From positions 2,048,001 through 2,112,000 of the forward strand of contig OZ245046.1 in the NCBI GenBank assembly GCA_965224245.1: DNA of 64,000 nucleotides, in the 5' to 3' direction. Shown here piece by piece: positions 31,173-40,010 of the stretch. Source of the DNA: Candidatus Eiseniibacteriota bacterium. Lineage in GTDB: Bacteria > Eisenbacteria > RBG-16-71-46 > CAZAMP01. The stretch's first letter is position 1. The number at the start of each line of letters is the position of its first letter. A program made the translations under genes and the position numbers. Below the pieces are notes generated by a model that was not told the origin of the DNA, did not search any database, and saw nothing but the letters and a program-made list of their open reading frames with translations.

Positions 31173-32286
31173 TCAGGTCCGGTCGGGCGCCCGTTGATCG
31201 AACCGCAGGAACGCGTCGATGAACCCGTCGATGTCGCCGTCCATGACCGCCTGAACGTTACCCGTCTCGTGGGAGGTTCGGTGGTCCTTGACCAGCAGGT
31301 AGGGCTGGAACACGTAGGACCGGATCTGGTTGGACCACTCGATCTTCTTCTTCTCACCCGCCAGCGACGCGCGCTTCTCCTGCTCCTCCTCCAGCCGGCG
31401 CATCGCCAGACGCGCGGACAGGATCCGCATCGCGCTGTCCCGATTGCGATGCTGGCTCCGCTCGGACTGGCAGGTCACGACGATCCCGGTCGGCAGGTGC
31501 GTGATCCGGATCGCCGACTCGGTCTTGTTCACGTGCTGGCCGCCCGCCCCGGACGCCCGGTACGTGTCGACCTTCAGGTCGTCGGGTGAGATCTCGACCT
31601 CGCCGTCGGACTCCATGGCCGGGAGCACCATCACCGAGGCGAACGACGTATGGCGTCGTTTCTGGGCATCGAACGGGGAGATCCGGACCAGCCGGTGCAC
31701 CCCGATCTCGGACTTCAAGTAGCCGTACACGAAGTCGCCCTCGATCTCGGCGGTCACACCCTTGATCCCGGCCTCCTGGCCCTCCTGCAGGTCGATGACC
31801 TCCATCGCGTAGCCGCTTCGCTCCGCCCAGCGGGTGTACATGCGAAGGAGCATCTTCGCCCAGTCCTGGCTCTCGGTGCCGCCGGCTCCGGCGTTGATCT
31901 CCAGGATGGCGCCGTGAGAGTCGTACTCACCCGAGAGCAGGCTCCTGAGCTCGAAGGCATCCAGCTTCGCGTCCAGGGCGCGCGTCGCCTCGGCGGCCTC
32001 GCGGGCGGTATCGGCGTCGTCCTCCTCGGTGGCGAGCTGGACCAGCACCTCGGTGTCGGAAAGATCGCGTTCGAGCGTCGTCCAGTCCGACACGATGGCC
32101 CGCGAGTGCTTCAGCGCCGCGATGGCGCTCTCCGCGGCCGCCCGATCGTCCCAGAACGTGGCCTCGCCCATCTTGGCGTCGAGCGCGGCGAGCTCGCTCC
32201 GTCGGCGCTCGAGATCAAAGATACCCCCTGAGGCTCTCGAGACGCTCGCGAAGGCGCTCGAGGTCGGCGGTCAGATCGGCGGACAT
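31173..32286 (-). CDS. prfB: peptide chain release factor 2 (programmed +1 frameshift after codon 23)
   Basis: ATG 32286 gives MSADLTADLERLRERLESLRGYL, then AGGGGG-TAT-CTT-TGA. The +1 frame continues DLERRR... into the ORF carrying SPF and GGQ motifs. Confidence 0.96.
32214..32229 (-). other. prfB +1 frameshift cassette (internal SD, CTT, TGA)
   Basis: AGGGGG TAT CTT TGA T on the minus strand. Confidence 0.93.
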
Positions 32287-32322
32287 GGGCTCACCCGTTC
32301 CTTTCGTGGAAGTCGAGGTCGG

Positions 32323-32967
32323 TCACGAATCCGGCGGCGTCGCGGCGAGCGAGCCCGCGCCGTCGAGGCGATCGCGAAGATGACGCCAGACCTCGCGAGC
32401 CCTCTCCTCGAGCGTCTCGAGATCCGAGTCGTTCCAGACGACGACGTCGGCGGCGAGCGCCTTTCGGCCCCCGCTGGCCTGTGCGGCCACGCGCGCGTGG
32501 GCTGCGGCCGCGTCGCGAACGGCCCCCTGGCGGGCCACGCGCACGCCGATCGGCGCGTCGACGACGACCAGAACATCGTAGGCGTCCACCGTTCCGGCTT
32601 CAACCAGGAGCGCGGCCTCGACGACGAACACGGCGTCGCGGTTCCCGTCGCGGACCCGGGCCAGGCGTGCGGCGATCTCGGCCCGGACGGCCGGATGCAC
32701 GATCGCCTCCAGCGCCGCGCGCGCCCCCGCGTCCGCGAACACGAGCGCGGAGAGCGCCGCCCGGTCGATGCGCCCCGTCGCGTCGAGCACGCGCTCCCCG
32801 AACCGGGCCACCACGGCGTCTCGTGTCGCCGTCGGTCCACCGAGGAGCTCGTGCACGACGGCGTCGGCATCCACGACGACGGCGCCCCACCCGGCGAGCC
32901 AGCGCGCCACCGTGCTCTTGCCCGCGGCCACGCCGCCGGTGAGCCCGACGGTGAGCACGGACGTCAT
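32323..32967 (-). CDS. coaE: dephospho-CoA kinase
   Basis: VGLTGGVAAGKSTV, DADAVVH, IDRAAL and LEAIVHP motifs. Confidence 0.93.
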   Translation of the reverse strand: MTSVLTVGLTGGVAAGKSTVARWLAGWGAVVVDADAVVHELLGGPTATRDAVVARFGERVLDATGRIDRAALSALVFADAGARAALEAIVHPAVRAEIAARLARVRDGNRDAVFVVEAALLVEAGTVDAYDVLVVVDAPIGVRVARQGAVRDAAAAHARVAAQASGGRKALAADVVVWNDSDLETLEERAREVWRHLRDRLDGAGSLAATPPDS

Positions 32968-33584
32968 GAGCCCGGCCGCCCGCGACGCACCGGGGCCCCG
33001 TACAGACCCGCCTCGGCGATGTACCGGGCCACGGCGTCGGGGACCCACCACCTGATCGGACGGCCGTCCCGCACGCGCGACCGAATCGTCGTGGCGGAGA
33101 TCTCCAGGGCCGGGCCCGAGATGAGCGTGTGCGGCGGTGCGTCCTCGGGCACCACCCATCCCGGGCGCGCGTAGACGGCCAGCGTGGCCAGCGACCGGAT
33201 CTCGTCGGGCGCGACCCAGGTGCCGAACTCGGCCAGGCTGTCGCCGCCGATGATCAAGAAGCGATCGGGCCACCCGGCGTAGGCCTCGCGACACCAGCGC
33301 AGCGTGTCCACCGTGTAGCTGACCCGCCCCTGCACCTCGTGCTCGACGACCTCCGCGAGGGGCCACTCCTGCGTCGCCAATCGCACCATCCGGAGGCGGT
33401 CCGAGATCGGTGTGAGCACGGCACTCGGCTTGTGGGGCGGTACGGCCGTGGGCACGAACAGGACACGACCCAGCCGCAGCTGCGTGGCCGCTTCCTGGGC
33501 GAGTATCAGGTGGCCGAGGTGGATGGGGTCGAACGAGCCGCCGAAGATTCCGATCCGACCGCGCGCGCCCCCCGCGCGCGTCAT
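32964..33584 (-). CDS. nadD: nicotinate-nucleotide adenylyltransferase
   Basis: GIFGGSFDPIHLGH, SYTVDTL, IIGGDSL and EISATTIR motifs. Confidence 0.95.
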   Translation of the reverse strand: MTRAGGARGRIGIFGGSFDPIHLGHLILAQEAATQLRLGRVLFVPTAVPPHKPSAVLTPISDRLRMVRLATQEWPLAEVVEHEVQGRVSYTVDTLRWCREAYAGWPDRFLIIGGDSLAEFGTWVAPDEIRSLATLAVYARPGWVVPEDAPPHTLISGPALEISATTIRSRVRDGRPIRWWVPDAVARYIAEAGLYGAPVRRGRPGS

Positions 33585-34393
33585 TGCACGGGCGTCCCGG
33601 CCGCGACGCCGTTCGCCGGCGTACATCCGACCTCGGCGCGAAGCGAGGCAACGACCTCGGCGAGCTCGGCGCGTCCGGCGGATTGCGGCAGCTCGTGAAT
33701 CAGGTCGAGCGTCTCGCACGCGGCGGCCGTGTCCTTCAGGCGCGCCTTCGCCCGAGCCAGGAGCAACAGGGCGTCGGGCAGGAACTGCGACCGGGGAAAC
33801 CGTTCGAGCAGCCCCTCGGCATACACCTCCACCGACCGGTACCGCTTGTGCCGGTAGTACTGCTCGGTGTTGCGGAGTTGCTTCTCGGCCAGGTGCTCGT
33901 TCAGCTCGGCCAGGCGCTCGCGCGCCTCGGGAGCCAGCGGGCTGTCGGGATACTCGCGCAGGAAGAACTCGAACCGCTCGATGGCCTGCTCGGCCTTCGT
34001 GGGATCGCGCTCGACTCCGCCCCGTTGCAGGTACGCCGATTCGGCCACCCCGTACAGCGCGTCGTCGGCGAACTCGGAGAAGGGATAATCGCGTCCCAGG
34101 CGCGTGAACTGGGCCTCGGCCTGGACGTAGTCGCCCGCACCGAGGTGCGCCTGACCGAGCCGGTAGACCACCCGATCGATGAACGCCAGTCCCGGGTGAT
34201 CGATGGTGAGCTGGGTGAGCGCCTCGATCGCGCGGAGCTCGTCCCCGTGCTCGAGCCAGCGCTCCGCGCGAGCCAGCTCTTCCTCGGGACCGACGCGCTG
34301 GACCGTCTTCCCGCCTCCGCACGCCGTGAGCGACGTGATGGCGAGGACGCTCACCAGCGCCCAGGTCGCGTTGTTCCTCACGTCCTCATCCAC
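33581..34393 (-). CDS. bamD: outer membrane protein assembly lipoprotein BamD
   Basis: Lipobox LTAC; TPR repeats (DYPFSEFADDA, EYPDSPLAPEA); LAEKQ...YY. Start uncertain. Confidence 0.85.
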   Translation of the reverse strand: MDEDVRNNATWALVSVLAITSLTACGGGKTVQRVGPEEELARAERWLEHGDELRAIEALTQLTIDHPGLAFIDRVVYRLGQAHLGAGDYVQAEAQFTRLGRDYPFSEFADDALYGVAESAYLQRGGVERDPTKAEQAIERFEFFLREYPDSPLAPEARERLAELNEHLAEKQLRNTEQYYRHKRYRSVEVYAEGLLERFPRSQFLPDALLLLARAKARLKDTAAACETLDLIHELPQSAGRAELAEVVASLRAEVGCTPANGVAAGTPVQ

Positions 34394-34414
34394 CTCTCGG
34401 CGTGCGGCCCGCGA

Positions 34415-35404
34415 TCAGTTCTGGTTCGTATAGAAGAGGTACACGAGCCCCGCCACGATCCCGCTGACGATGACGGGCTCGACGAAGCGCAGCCCGTTGC
34501 CGCCGGACAGCTCGGTCGGTGCGATGCCGCCGCCCTCGAAGGCCGCAAGCTTCCCCTGGGAGATCCAGTCGATCGAGATCGCATCGCCATGACCGGTCTC
34601 GCTGACGACGTCGCCTCCCGGACGAAGCTCGCAGGTGACGTCGACCGCCGCGACCCGCTCAACCTGCTTGCGGCCGAAGAGGTACGGGCGCCGTTGCCCG
34701 ACGTAGCGCAGGTCGAACCGGCCCACGTCGAACACGAGGAGCGGTCCGTCCGCCGGGAGCGTCGCGTGGGACGGCATCGTGCCCCCGGCCACCTCCGCGC
34801 CGGGCGCGGCGATGGACCCCTCGCGCGACATCAGGTGCTCGATCATGGACGACGGGGCCTCGTCGTCCGATCCGTCGTCGTCGCCGGCGCCGTCGCCCGC
34901 GCCGTCGTCGAGCGGCTCGTCCCGGTCATCTCCGGCGGCGTCTTCGTCCGCGTCGTCGTCGCCGGGGTCGGGGCCGACACCCTCGTCGTGCGGCGGGCTG
35001 GTCGGCGTCGATCCGGCTCCCGACGCGGCGGGCGCGGCGCTGCCGGCACCGGCGCCGCCGACCGGAGCCGCCGCGTCCGGGGCCGCCGGCTCCGAGCCGA
35101 TCGGCGTCGTGAGCACGCGCACCTCGTGACCCGCCCCGACGAGCGCCTCGGCGAGCGCGTGACCGACGACGTCGTTGCCGGCGTGCAGTCGCGCCGGGGC
35201 CACCGACACGACGCCACCCGGCGCGAGGGGCACCGACGCCAGCATCTCGCGCACGGCGTCTCGTGCGACCTCACGCATCATCGCCAGGTGCGACAGGCGA
35301 CCGGCGATCATCTCCGACGCGACCGCCGCGCCGTTCGCCCCCACACCCAGCGCGAGGCCGATCGCCGTGATCCACGCGAGGCGTCTGAAAACGTGCTGTC
35401 TCAT
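34415..35404 (-). CDS. hypothetical exported protein with an acidic low-complexity insert and a C-terminal hydrophobic anchor
   Basis: ATG 35404, signal peptide MRQHVFRRLAWITAIGLAL; ends FVEPVIVSGIVAGLVYLFYTNQN; sits in the operon between lolA and bamD. Confidence 0.7.
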   Translation of the reverse strand: MRQHVFRRLAWITAIGLALGVGANGAAVASEMIAGRLSHLAMMREVARDAVREMLASVPLAPGGVVSVAPARLHAGNDVVGHALAEALVGAGHEVRVLTTPIGSEPAAPDAAAPVGGAGAGSAAPAASGAGSTPTSPPHDEGVGPDPGDDDADEDAAGDDRDEPLDDGAGDGAGDDDGSDDEAPSSMIEHLMSREGSIAAPGAEVAGGTMPSHATLPADGPLLVFDVGRFDLRYVGQRRPYLFGRKQVERVAAVDVTCELRPGGDVVSETGHGDAISIDWISQGKLAAFEGGGIAPTELSGGNGLRFVEPVIVSGIVAGLVYLFYTNQN

Positions 35405-35463
35405 AGAGCGCGACCTCGATCTCCGGTTGTCGGCGCGACGCGCCCGGGGCGCGCGACCGGTGC

Positions 35464-36171
35464 TCACTCGATCTCCACGACGTCCACCCCGTCCGGCGGC
35501 TCGAACGTGAACCGGTCGGGCTCCACGGTCACGTTCGGCGTCGATCGGAGGATCCGATAGTCGGACACGTTGCCGTCCCAGTCGGTCCAGACGAAACGAC
35601 GGGCCAGCGCCGAGGGACGATCGACCTCCACGCGAAGCTCCCGGATGCCGAGATCCTCCTCCGGCTCGAGCGTCAGCTCGACGTACTCGTCGGCCCACTC
35701 GACCTCGCGCACCCGATGCCCGGCCAGGAAGTCGAGGAACAGGCGGGCGACGGCGTCGCCCTGGCGATCCACGCGGGACTTCAACACCTGGCCGCTCTCC
35801 GGAACGTACGTCCACATCCAGGTGCCGTCGGACACGAGACGATGCCCCGGCGGCTCGGAGTACGCGATCGCGACGTGTCCGGCAGCGTCCACCCACAGCT
35901 CGCCCCGGTAGGGATCGGAGGCCTCGAGGAGCTCCCACTCGTTGACCTGCGTGAAGGCGGCCCACAGGGTCCGGATGTCCGAGTAGGTGTCGCGGACACG
36001 ATCCAGGAACGCATCGGTGACGGGATCGGGGTCGGCGGCGCCGGCCGGAATCGCGTCGGAGACGCCGTGCCCACCACCGTCCGCGGCGAGAGCGGCGACG
36101 GGCCCGCCCACGACCAGCAGCAGGGCCGCCGAGACGGCTGCCCCCGATAAGCGTAAGTCCCTTCTAGACAA
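35464..36171 (-). CDS. lolA: outer-membrane lipoprotein carrier LolA family protein
   Basis: AAFTQ, LVSDGTWMWTYVPESGQV and FTFEPPDGVDVV motifs; downstream of ftsK. Start uncertain (TTG 36171). Confidence 0.85.
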   Translation of the reverse strand: MSRRDLRLSGAAVSAALLLVVGGPVAALAADGGGHGVSDAIPAGAADPDPVTDAFLDRVRDTYSDIRTLWAAFTQVNEWELLEASDPYRGELWVDAAGHVAIAYSEPPGHRLVSDGTWMWTYVPESGQVLKSRVDRQGDAVARLFLDFLAGHRVREVEWADEYVELTLEPEEDLGIRELRVEVDRPSALARRFVWTDWDGNVSDYRILRSTPNVTVEPDRFTFEPPDGVDVVEIE

Positions 36172-38617
36172 TACCTTGCTCTTCCAGGTAGTCGATGTCG
36201 ACGAGGACGTCGCGCGCCTTGCTACCCTCATAACCCGTCACGATACCGGCCTGCTCCAACTGATCCATCAGCCGCCCGGCCCGGGCGTAGCCGATCTTGA
36301 GCCGGCGCTGCAGGAAGGACGTCGAGGCCTGCCCCTGGAGCACGACGAGCCGAGCCGCCTCTCCGAACAGGGAGTCGATCTCATCGTCGACCTCGCCCGG
36401 CGCCGCCGCCTTCTCTTCGATGTCGATCGGATCGACGCTGGAGGAGAAGCCTCGCAGGTACCGGCAGATGGCCTCGATGTCCTCGTCGGGCAGGAACGCC
36501 CCGTGCAACCTCAGTGGCACCGAGCTCCCCGACGGCATATACAGCATGTCGCCGCGTCCGACCAGGCTCTCGGCGCCGTTCTGGTCCAGGATGGTACGGG
36601 AGTCGGTTCGCTGGGCAACCTGAAACGCGATCCGGGCCGGAAAGTTCGCCTTGATGACGCCCGTCAGCACGTCGACCGACGGCCGCTGCGTGGCCAGAAC
36701 CAGGTGGATGCCCACCGCGCGCGCCATCTGGGCCAGCCGCGCGATCGGCGCCTCGACCTCGGACGCGGTGGTCATCATGAGGTCGGCCAGCTCGTCCACG
36801 ATGCAGACGATGTACGGCATCCACTCGGGCGGAACCTCCTCGTCGTTCCGGGCCTTTCGCGGCTTCCCGTTCTCGTAGTAGCGCTCGTGGTACGACTTGA
36901 TGTTTCGGACACCTTTGCCGGACAGGAGGCGGTAGCGGCGCTCCATCTCGCGGACCAGCCAGTTGAGCGCCTTGGTGGCCTCCTTGGGCTCGGTGACGAC
37001 CGGCAGCGCGAGGTGCGGGATGTTGTTGTAGCCCGTCAGCTCGAGCATCTTCGGATCGATCAGGATCAGGCGCAGATCCTCGGGCCGGTGCCGGAAGAGC
37101 AAGCTGGCGATGAGCGTGTTCACGCACACCGATTTCCCCGATCCCGTGGTGCCGGCCACCAGCAGATGCGGCATCGTCTCCAGATGATCGGCAAACGGAC
37201 GGCCCGCCGCGTCCTTGCCGAGCGCGAGCGTGAGCACGCCGAGAGGCTCGGTGAACACCGGCGACGTCATGACGTCGGTGAAGTGGATCAGCTCGCGCTC
37301 GTCGTTGGGGATCTCGATGCCCACGGCGGCCTTTCCCGGCACGCGGGTCAGGATGCGAACGCGATCGGTGCGAAGCGCCAGCGCAATGTCGTCCTCGCGG
37401 CTGACGATCTGATTGACCTTCACCCCCGGCGCCGGCTCGAAGTCGTACCGGGTGATGACGGGGCCGGGGTGAACCTCGGAGATTCGGCCGCGGATTCCGA
37501 ACTCCTCGAGCGTGCGGCGCAGGGTCTCCGACAGACTGAGGATCGCCTGGCGATCGGTGCGCATCCTGGACGGCGGGGGTGTGGACAGGAGCGAGACCGG
37601 GGGCGGGCGGTACTCCGAGGCCGGACGCTTTCGCACCTCCTCGTCGCGCCGCACCTTGCGTGCCGGCGTGCGAGGCGAAACGTCCGACGCGGAGGGAAGC
37701 GGCTCGGGCTCGACGATCCCCGGTGGCGCATCGTCGAGGGGATCCTGCGCGCCGGGATCGGGCGGAGTGCCCTCTTCGGGCTGGGTTCCGGCAGACCGGG
37801 ACGTGCCGGCACCGTTGGTCCTCTCCCCGATCGCCGCGCCACCTGCGAGCGCATCGACGCCGGCCTCGCCAGCGGACGGCTCGGGTGCCACGGATCGAAT
37901 GGGCCGGGTCGCCGCCGCCCGGGACGCAGCGGCGGCGAGCTCGCGCCGGCGGGCCAACGCATCGGCGGCCGCGCGCCGGCGGGCCTCTCGGCGCTCTTCG
38001 CGCATCGCCGCCAGCGCCCGGCGGCGGCCGGCGAGCCAGCCCGCCACCGTGGCCAGCTCGTCGACGAGACGGAGCCGGAGCGCCGAGGTGAGCGTGAGGA
38101 CCCGGCGACCCACCGGATCGAGTCTCCCCGCGAGCCGGCCGAGCCGCAGAACGTCGCCGGCCAGAATGGCGGCCGCGATGATGATGGCGACGACCGCGAT
38201 CCAGGCGCCCGCCCGCCCCACGACGCGTGTGAGGCCGGTGGCGACCAGGTCCCCGTAGGCGCCACCGGCGCCCGCGGACGCCAGAGCCGAGATCGGCGGC
38301 CACCCGAGGACGACGCCGACGAGGATGTTCCGGACGCGCGTGACGGGGGCCCCGGCCACCAGGCCGACCCCGACGATCGCCACGGCCAGGGGAAGCGCCG
38401 GCGCCGCCACCCCGCCGAGCACGTGCAGCGTGAAGCGGGCCAGGTACAGTCCGGCCGAGCCGGTCACGTCCGGAGGAAGTGCCGGAATGCGCAACGTCTG
38501 CACCGCGACGTCGGAGACGCTCACGAGCGCGAGCAGCCAGAACGACGCGATCGCGACCGCGAGAACGCCCGCCAGTCTCACGTCTCGCGGGTGCGCTCGT
38601 CTTCGTGACCCTGCCAC
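36164..38617 (-). CDS. ftsK: DNA translocase FtsK
   Basis: N-terminal TM region; PHLLVAGTTGSGKS, DELADLMM, ATQRPSVDV; gamma domain LQRRLKIGYARAGR. Confidence 0.96.
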   Translation of the reverse strand: MAGSRRRAHPRDVRLAGVLAVAIASFWLLALVSVSDVAVQTLRIPALPPDVTGSAGLYLARFTLHVLGGVAAPALPLAVAIVGVGLVAGAPVTRVRNILVGVVLGWPPISALASAGAGGAYGDLVATGLTRVVGRAGAWIAVVAIIIAAAILAGDVLRLGRLAGRLDPVGRRVLTLTSALRLRLVDELATVAGWLAGRRRALAAMREERREARRRAAADALARRRELAAAASRAAATRPIRSVAPEPSAGEAGVDALAGGAAIGERTNGAGTSRSAGTQPEEGTPPDPGAQDPLDDAPPGIVEPEPLPSASDVSPRTPARKVRRDEEVRKRPASEYRPPPVSLLSTPPPSRMRTDRQAILSLSETLRRTLEEFGIRGRISEVHPGPVITRYDFEPAPGVKVNQIVSREDDIALALRTDRVRILTRVPGKAAVGIEIPNDERELIHFTDVMTSPVFTEPLGVLTLALGKDAAGRPFADHLETMPHLLVAGTTGSGKSVCVNTLIASLLFRHRPEDLRLILIDPKMLELTGYNNIPHLALPVVTEPKEATKALNWLVREMERRYRLLSGKGVRNIKSYHERYYENGKPRKARNDEEVPPEWMPYIVCIVDELADLMMTTASEVEAPIARLAQMARAVGIHLVLATQRPSVDVLTGVIKANFPARIAFQVAQRTDSRTILDQNGAESLVGRGDMLYMPSGSSVPLRLHGAFLPDEDIEAICRYLRGFSSSVDPIDIEEKAAAPGEVDDEIDSLFGEAARLVVLQGQASTSFLQRRLKIGYARAGRLMDQLEQAGIVTGYEGSKARDVLVDIDYLEEQGIV

Positions 38618-38626
38618 GGACGGCCT

Positions 38627-39799
38627 CTAGTTGCCGGCGACCGAGGTCAACCGTTCCGCGGACTTCCTGATGGCGTCTTTCCTGTCGGTGGCTTCCCAGG
38701 TGAAGCTGTCCAGCTCGCGTCCGAAATGACCGTAGGCCGCGGTCCGACGATAGATCGGCCGCCACAGGTCGAGCATCTGGATGATGCCCGCCGGTGTCAG
38801 CTGGAAGTGCTCGCGTACGATCTGCTCGAGCGACGCGTCGGGCACGACACCGGTCCCCAGCGTGTCGACCATCACCGAGACCGGTTCGGCCACCCCGATC
38901 GCATACGCGAGCTGCACCTCGCACCGGCGGCACAGTCCGGCCGCGACGAGGTTCTTGGCCACGTAGCGGGCGGCGTAGCAAGCGGATCGGTCGACCTTGG
39001 TCGGGTCCTTCCCGCTGAACGCCCCACCGCCGTGCCGGCCCCACCCGCCGTACGTGTCGACGATGATCTTGCGTCCCGTGAGCCCCGTGTCGGCCTTGGG
39101 CCCGCCCTCGACGAACCGGCCGGTCGGATTGATGTGATAGACGACGTCGTCGTGAACGAGCGCGTCGGGCAGACACGGCTTGATCACCTCTTCACGGATC
39201 GCCTCGGTGAGCGCGTTCGTCGAGATGCTCGGCGCGTGCTGCGTGGACACCACCACGGTGTGCACCCGGCGTGGTCGTCCGTCGTCACCATACTCGATCG
39301 TGACCTGGCTCTTGCCGTCGGGACGCAGCCAGGAGAGGGTGCCGTCCTTTCGCAGATCCGCGAGGCGATGGGTGATGCGATGCGCGATCAGAATCGGCGT
39401 CGGCATCAGCTCGTCGGTCTCGTCGGATGCGTAGCCGAACATCAAGCCCTGGTCGCCGGCACCGATCCCGTCGCTGCCGTCCACGCCCATCGCGATGTCC
39501 GGGGACTGCGCGTCGATGCTCGTGAGCACGGCGCAGGTGTCGGCGTCGAATCCGTAGTCGGCGTCGGTGTAGCCGATCTCGCGGATCACCCGCCGCACGA
39601 CCTCGGGGATCTCGACGTAGCCGTTGGTGCGGATCTCGGCCGAGATGAACGCCAGACCCGTGGTCACCAGCGTCTCGCAGGCCACGCGCGCGTTCTCGTC
39701 CTGCCCGATGATCTCGTCGAGAATGCCGTCGGAAACCTGGTCGGACACCTTGTCGGGATGTCCTTCGGTCACCGATTCCGACGTAAACAGAAAGCTCAT
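38627..39799 (-). CDS. metK: S-adenosylmethionine synthetase
   Basis: [19 protein letters not shown] and [16 protein letters not shown] motifs. Confidence 0.98.
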   Translation of the reverse strand: MSFLFTSESVTEGHPDKVSDQVSDGILDEIIGQDENARVACETLVTTGLAFISAEIRTNGYVEIPEVVRRVIREIGYTDADYGFDADTCAVLTSIDAQSPDIAMGVDGSDGIGAGDQGLMFGYASDETDELMPTPILIAHRITHRLADLRKDGTLSWLRPDGKSQVTIEYGDDGRPRRVHTVVVSTQHAPSISTNALTEAIREEVIKPCLPDALVHDDVVYHINPTGRFVEGGPKADTGLTGRKIIVDTYGGWGRHGGGAFSGKDPTKVDRSACYAARYVAKNLVAAGLCRRCEVQLAYAIGVAEPVSVMVDTLGTGVVPDASLEQIVREHFQLTPAGIIQMLDLWRPIYRRTAAYGHFGRELDSFTWEATDRKDAIRKSAERLTSVAGN

Positions 39800-39955
39800 T
39801 TAGCACTCCCTCGGCGGGGGTGAGCGACTCGGGGCCAGCGAACGCACGACACACGGCGCCACGACGTGACCGACGGCGACGAGACGCGTTCTCCAGGGAA
39901 GGATCCGACCCGGATGTGGCACTAGCAGCCAGAGGCGGGCCGTGACCGACCCGGT

Positions 39956-39984
39956 AATGTACGGATGCGTCGAACGCCTGTCAA
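39956..39984 (-). promoter_or_regulatory. sigma70-type promoter of metK
   Basis: TTGACA-17 nt-TACATT. Confidence 0.75.
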
Positions 39985-40010
39985 CGGGCGCCTCCGGCTG
40001 CGGGCGCGCG

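Noticed and set aside
31173-32286. prfB as a pseudogene because of its in-frame stop
   Set aside because: The stop lies in the canonical programmed +1 frameshift cassette.
34860-34990. Repetitive GTC/GCC-rich tract resembling a tandem repeat or CRISPR
   Set aside because: It encodes the Asp/Gly-rich low-complexity insert of a CDS and has no repeat-spacer periodicity.
39800-39826. TTAGCACTC next to the metK start, resembling a CIRCE element
   Set aside because: Only one arm is present. The position of the second arm reads GGGTGAGCG rather than GAGTGCTAA, and the match coincides with the RBS.
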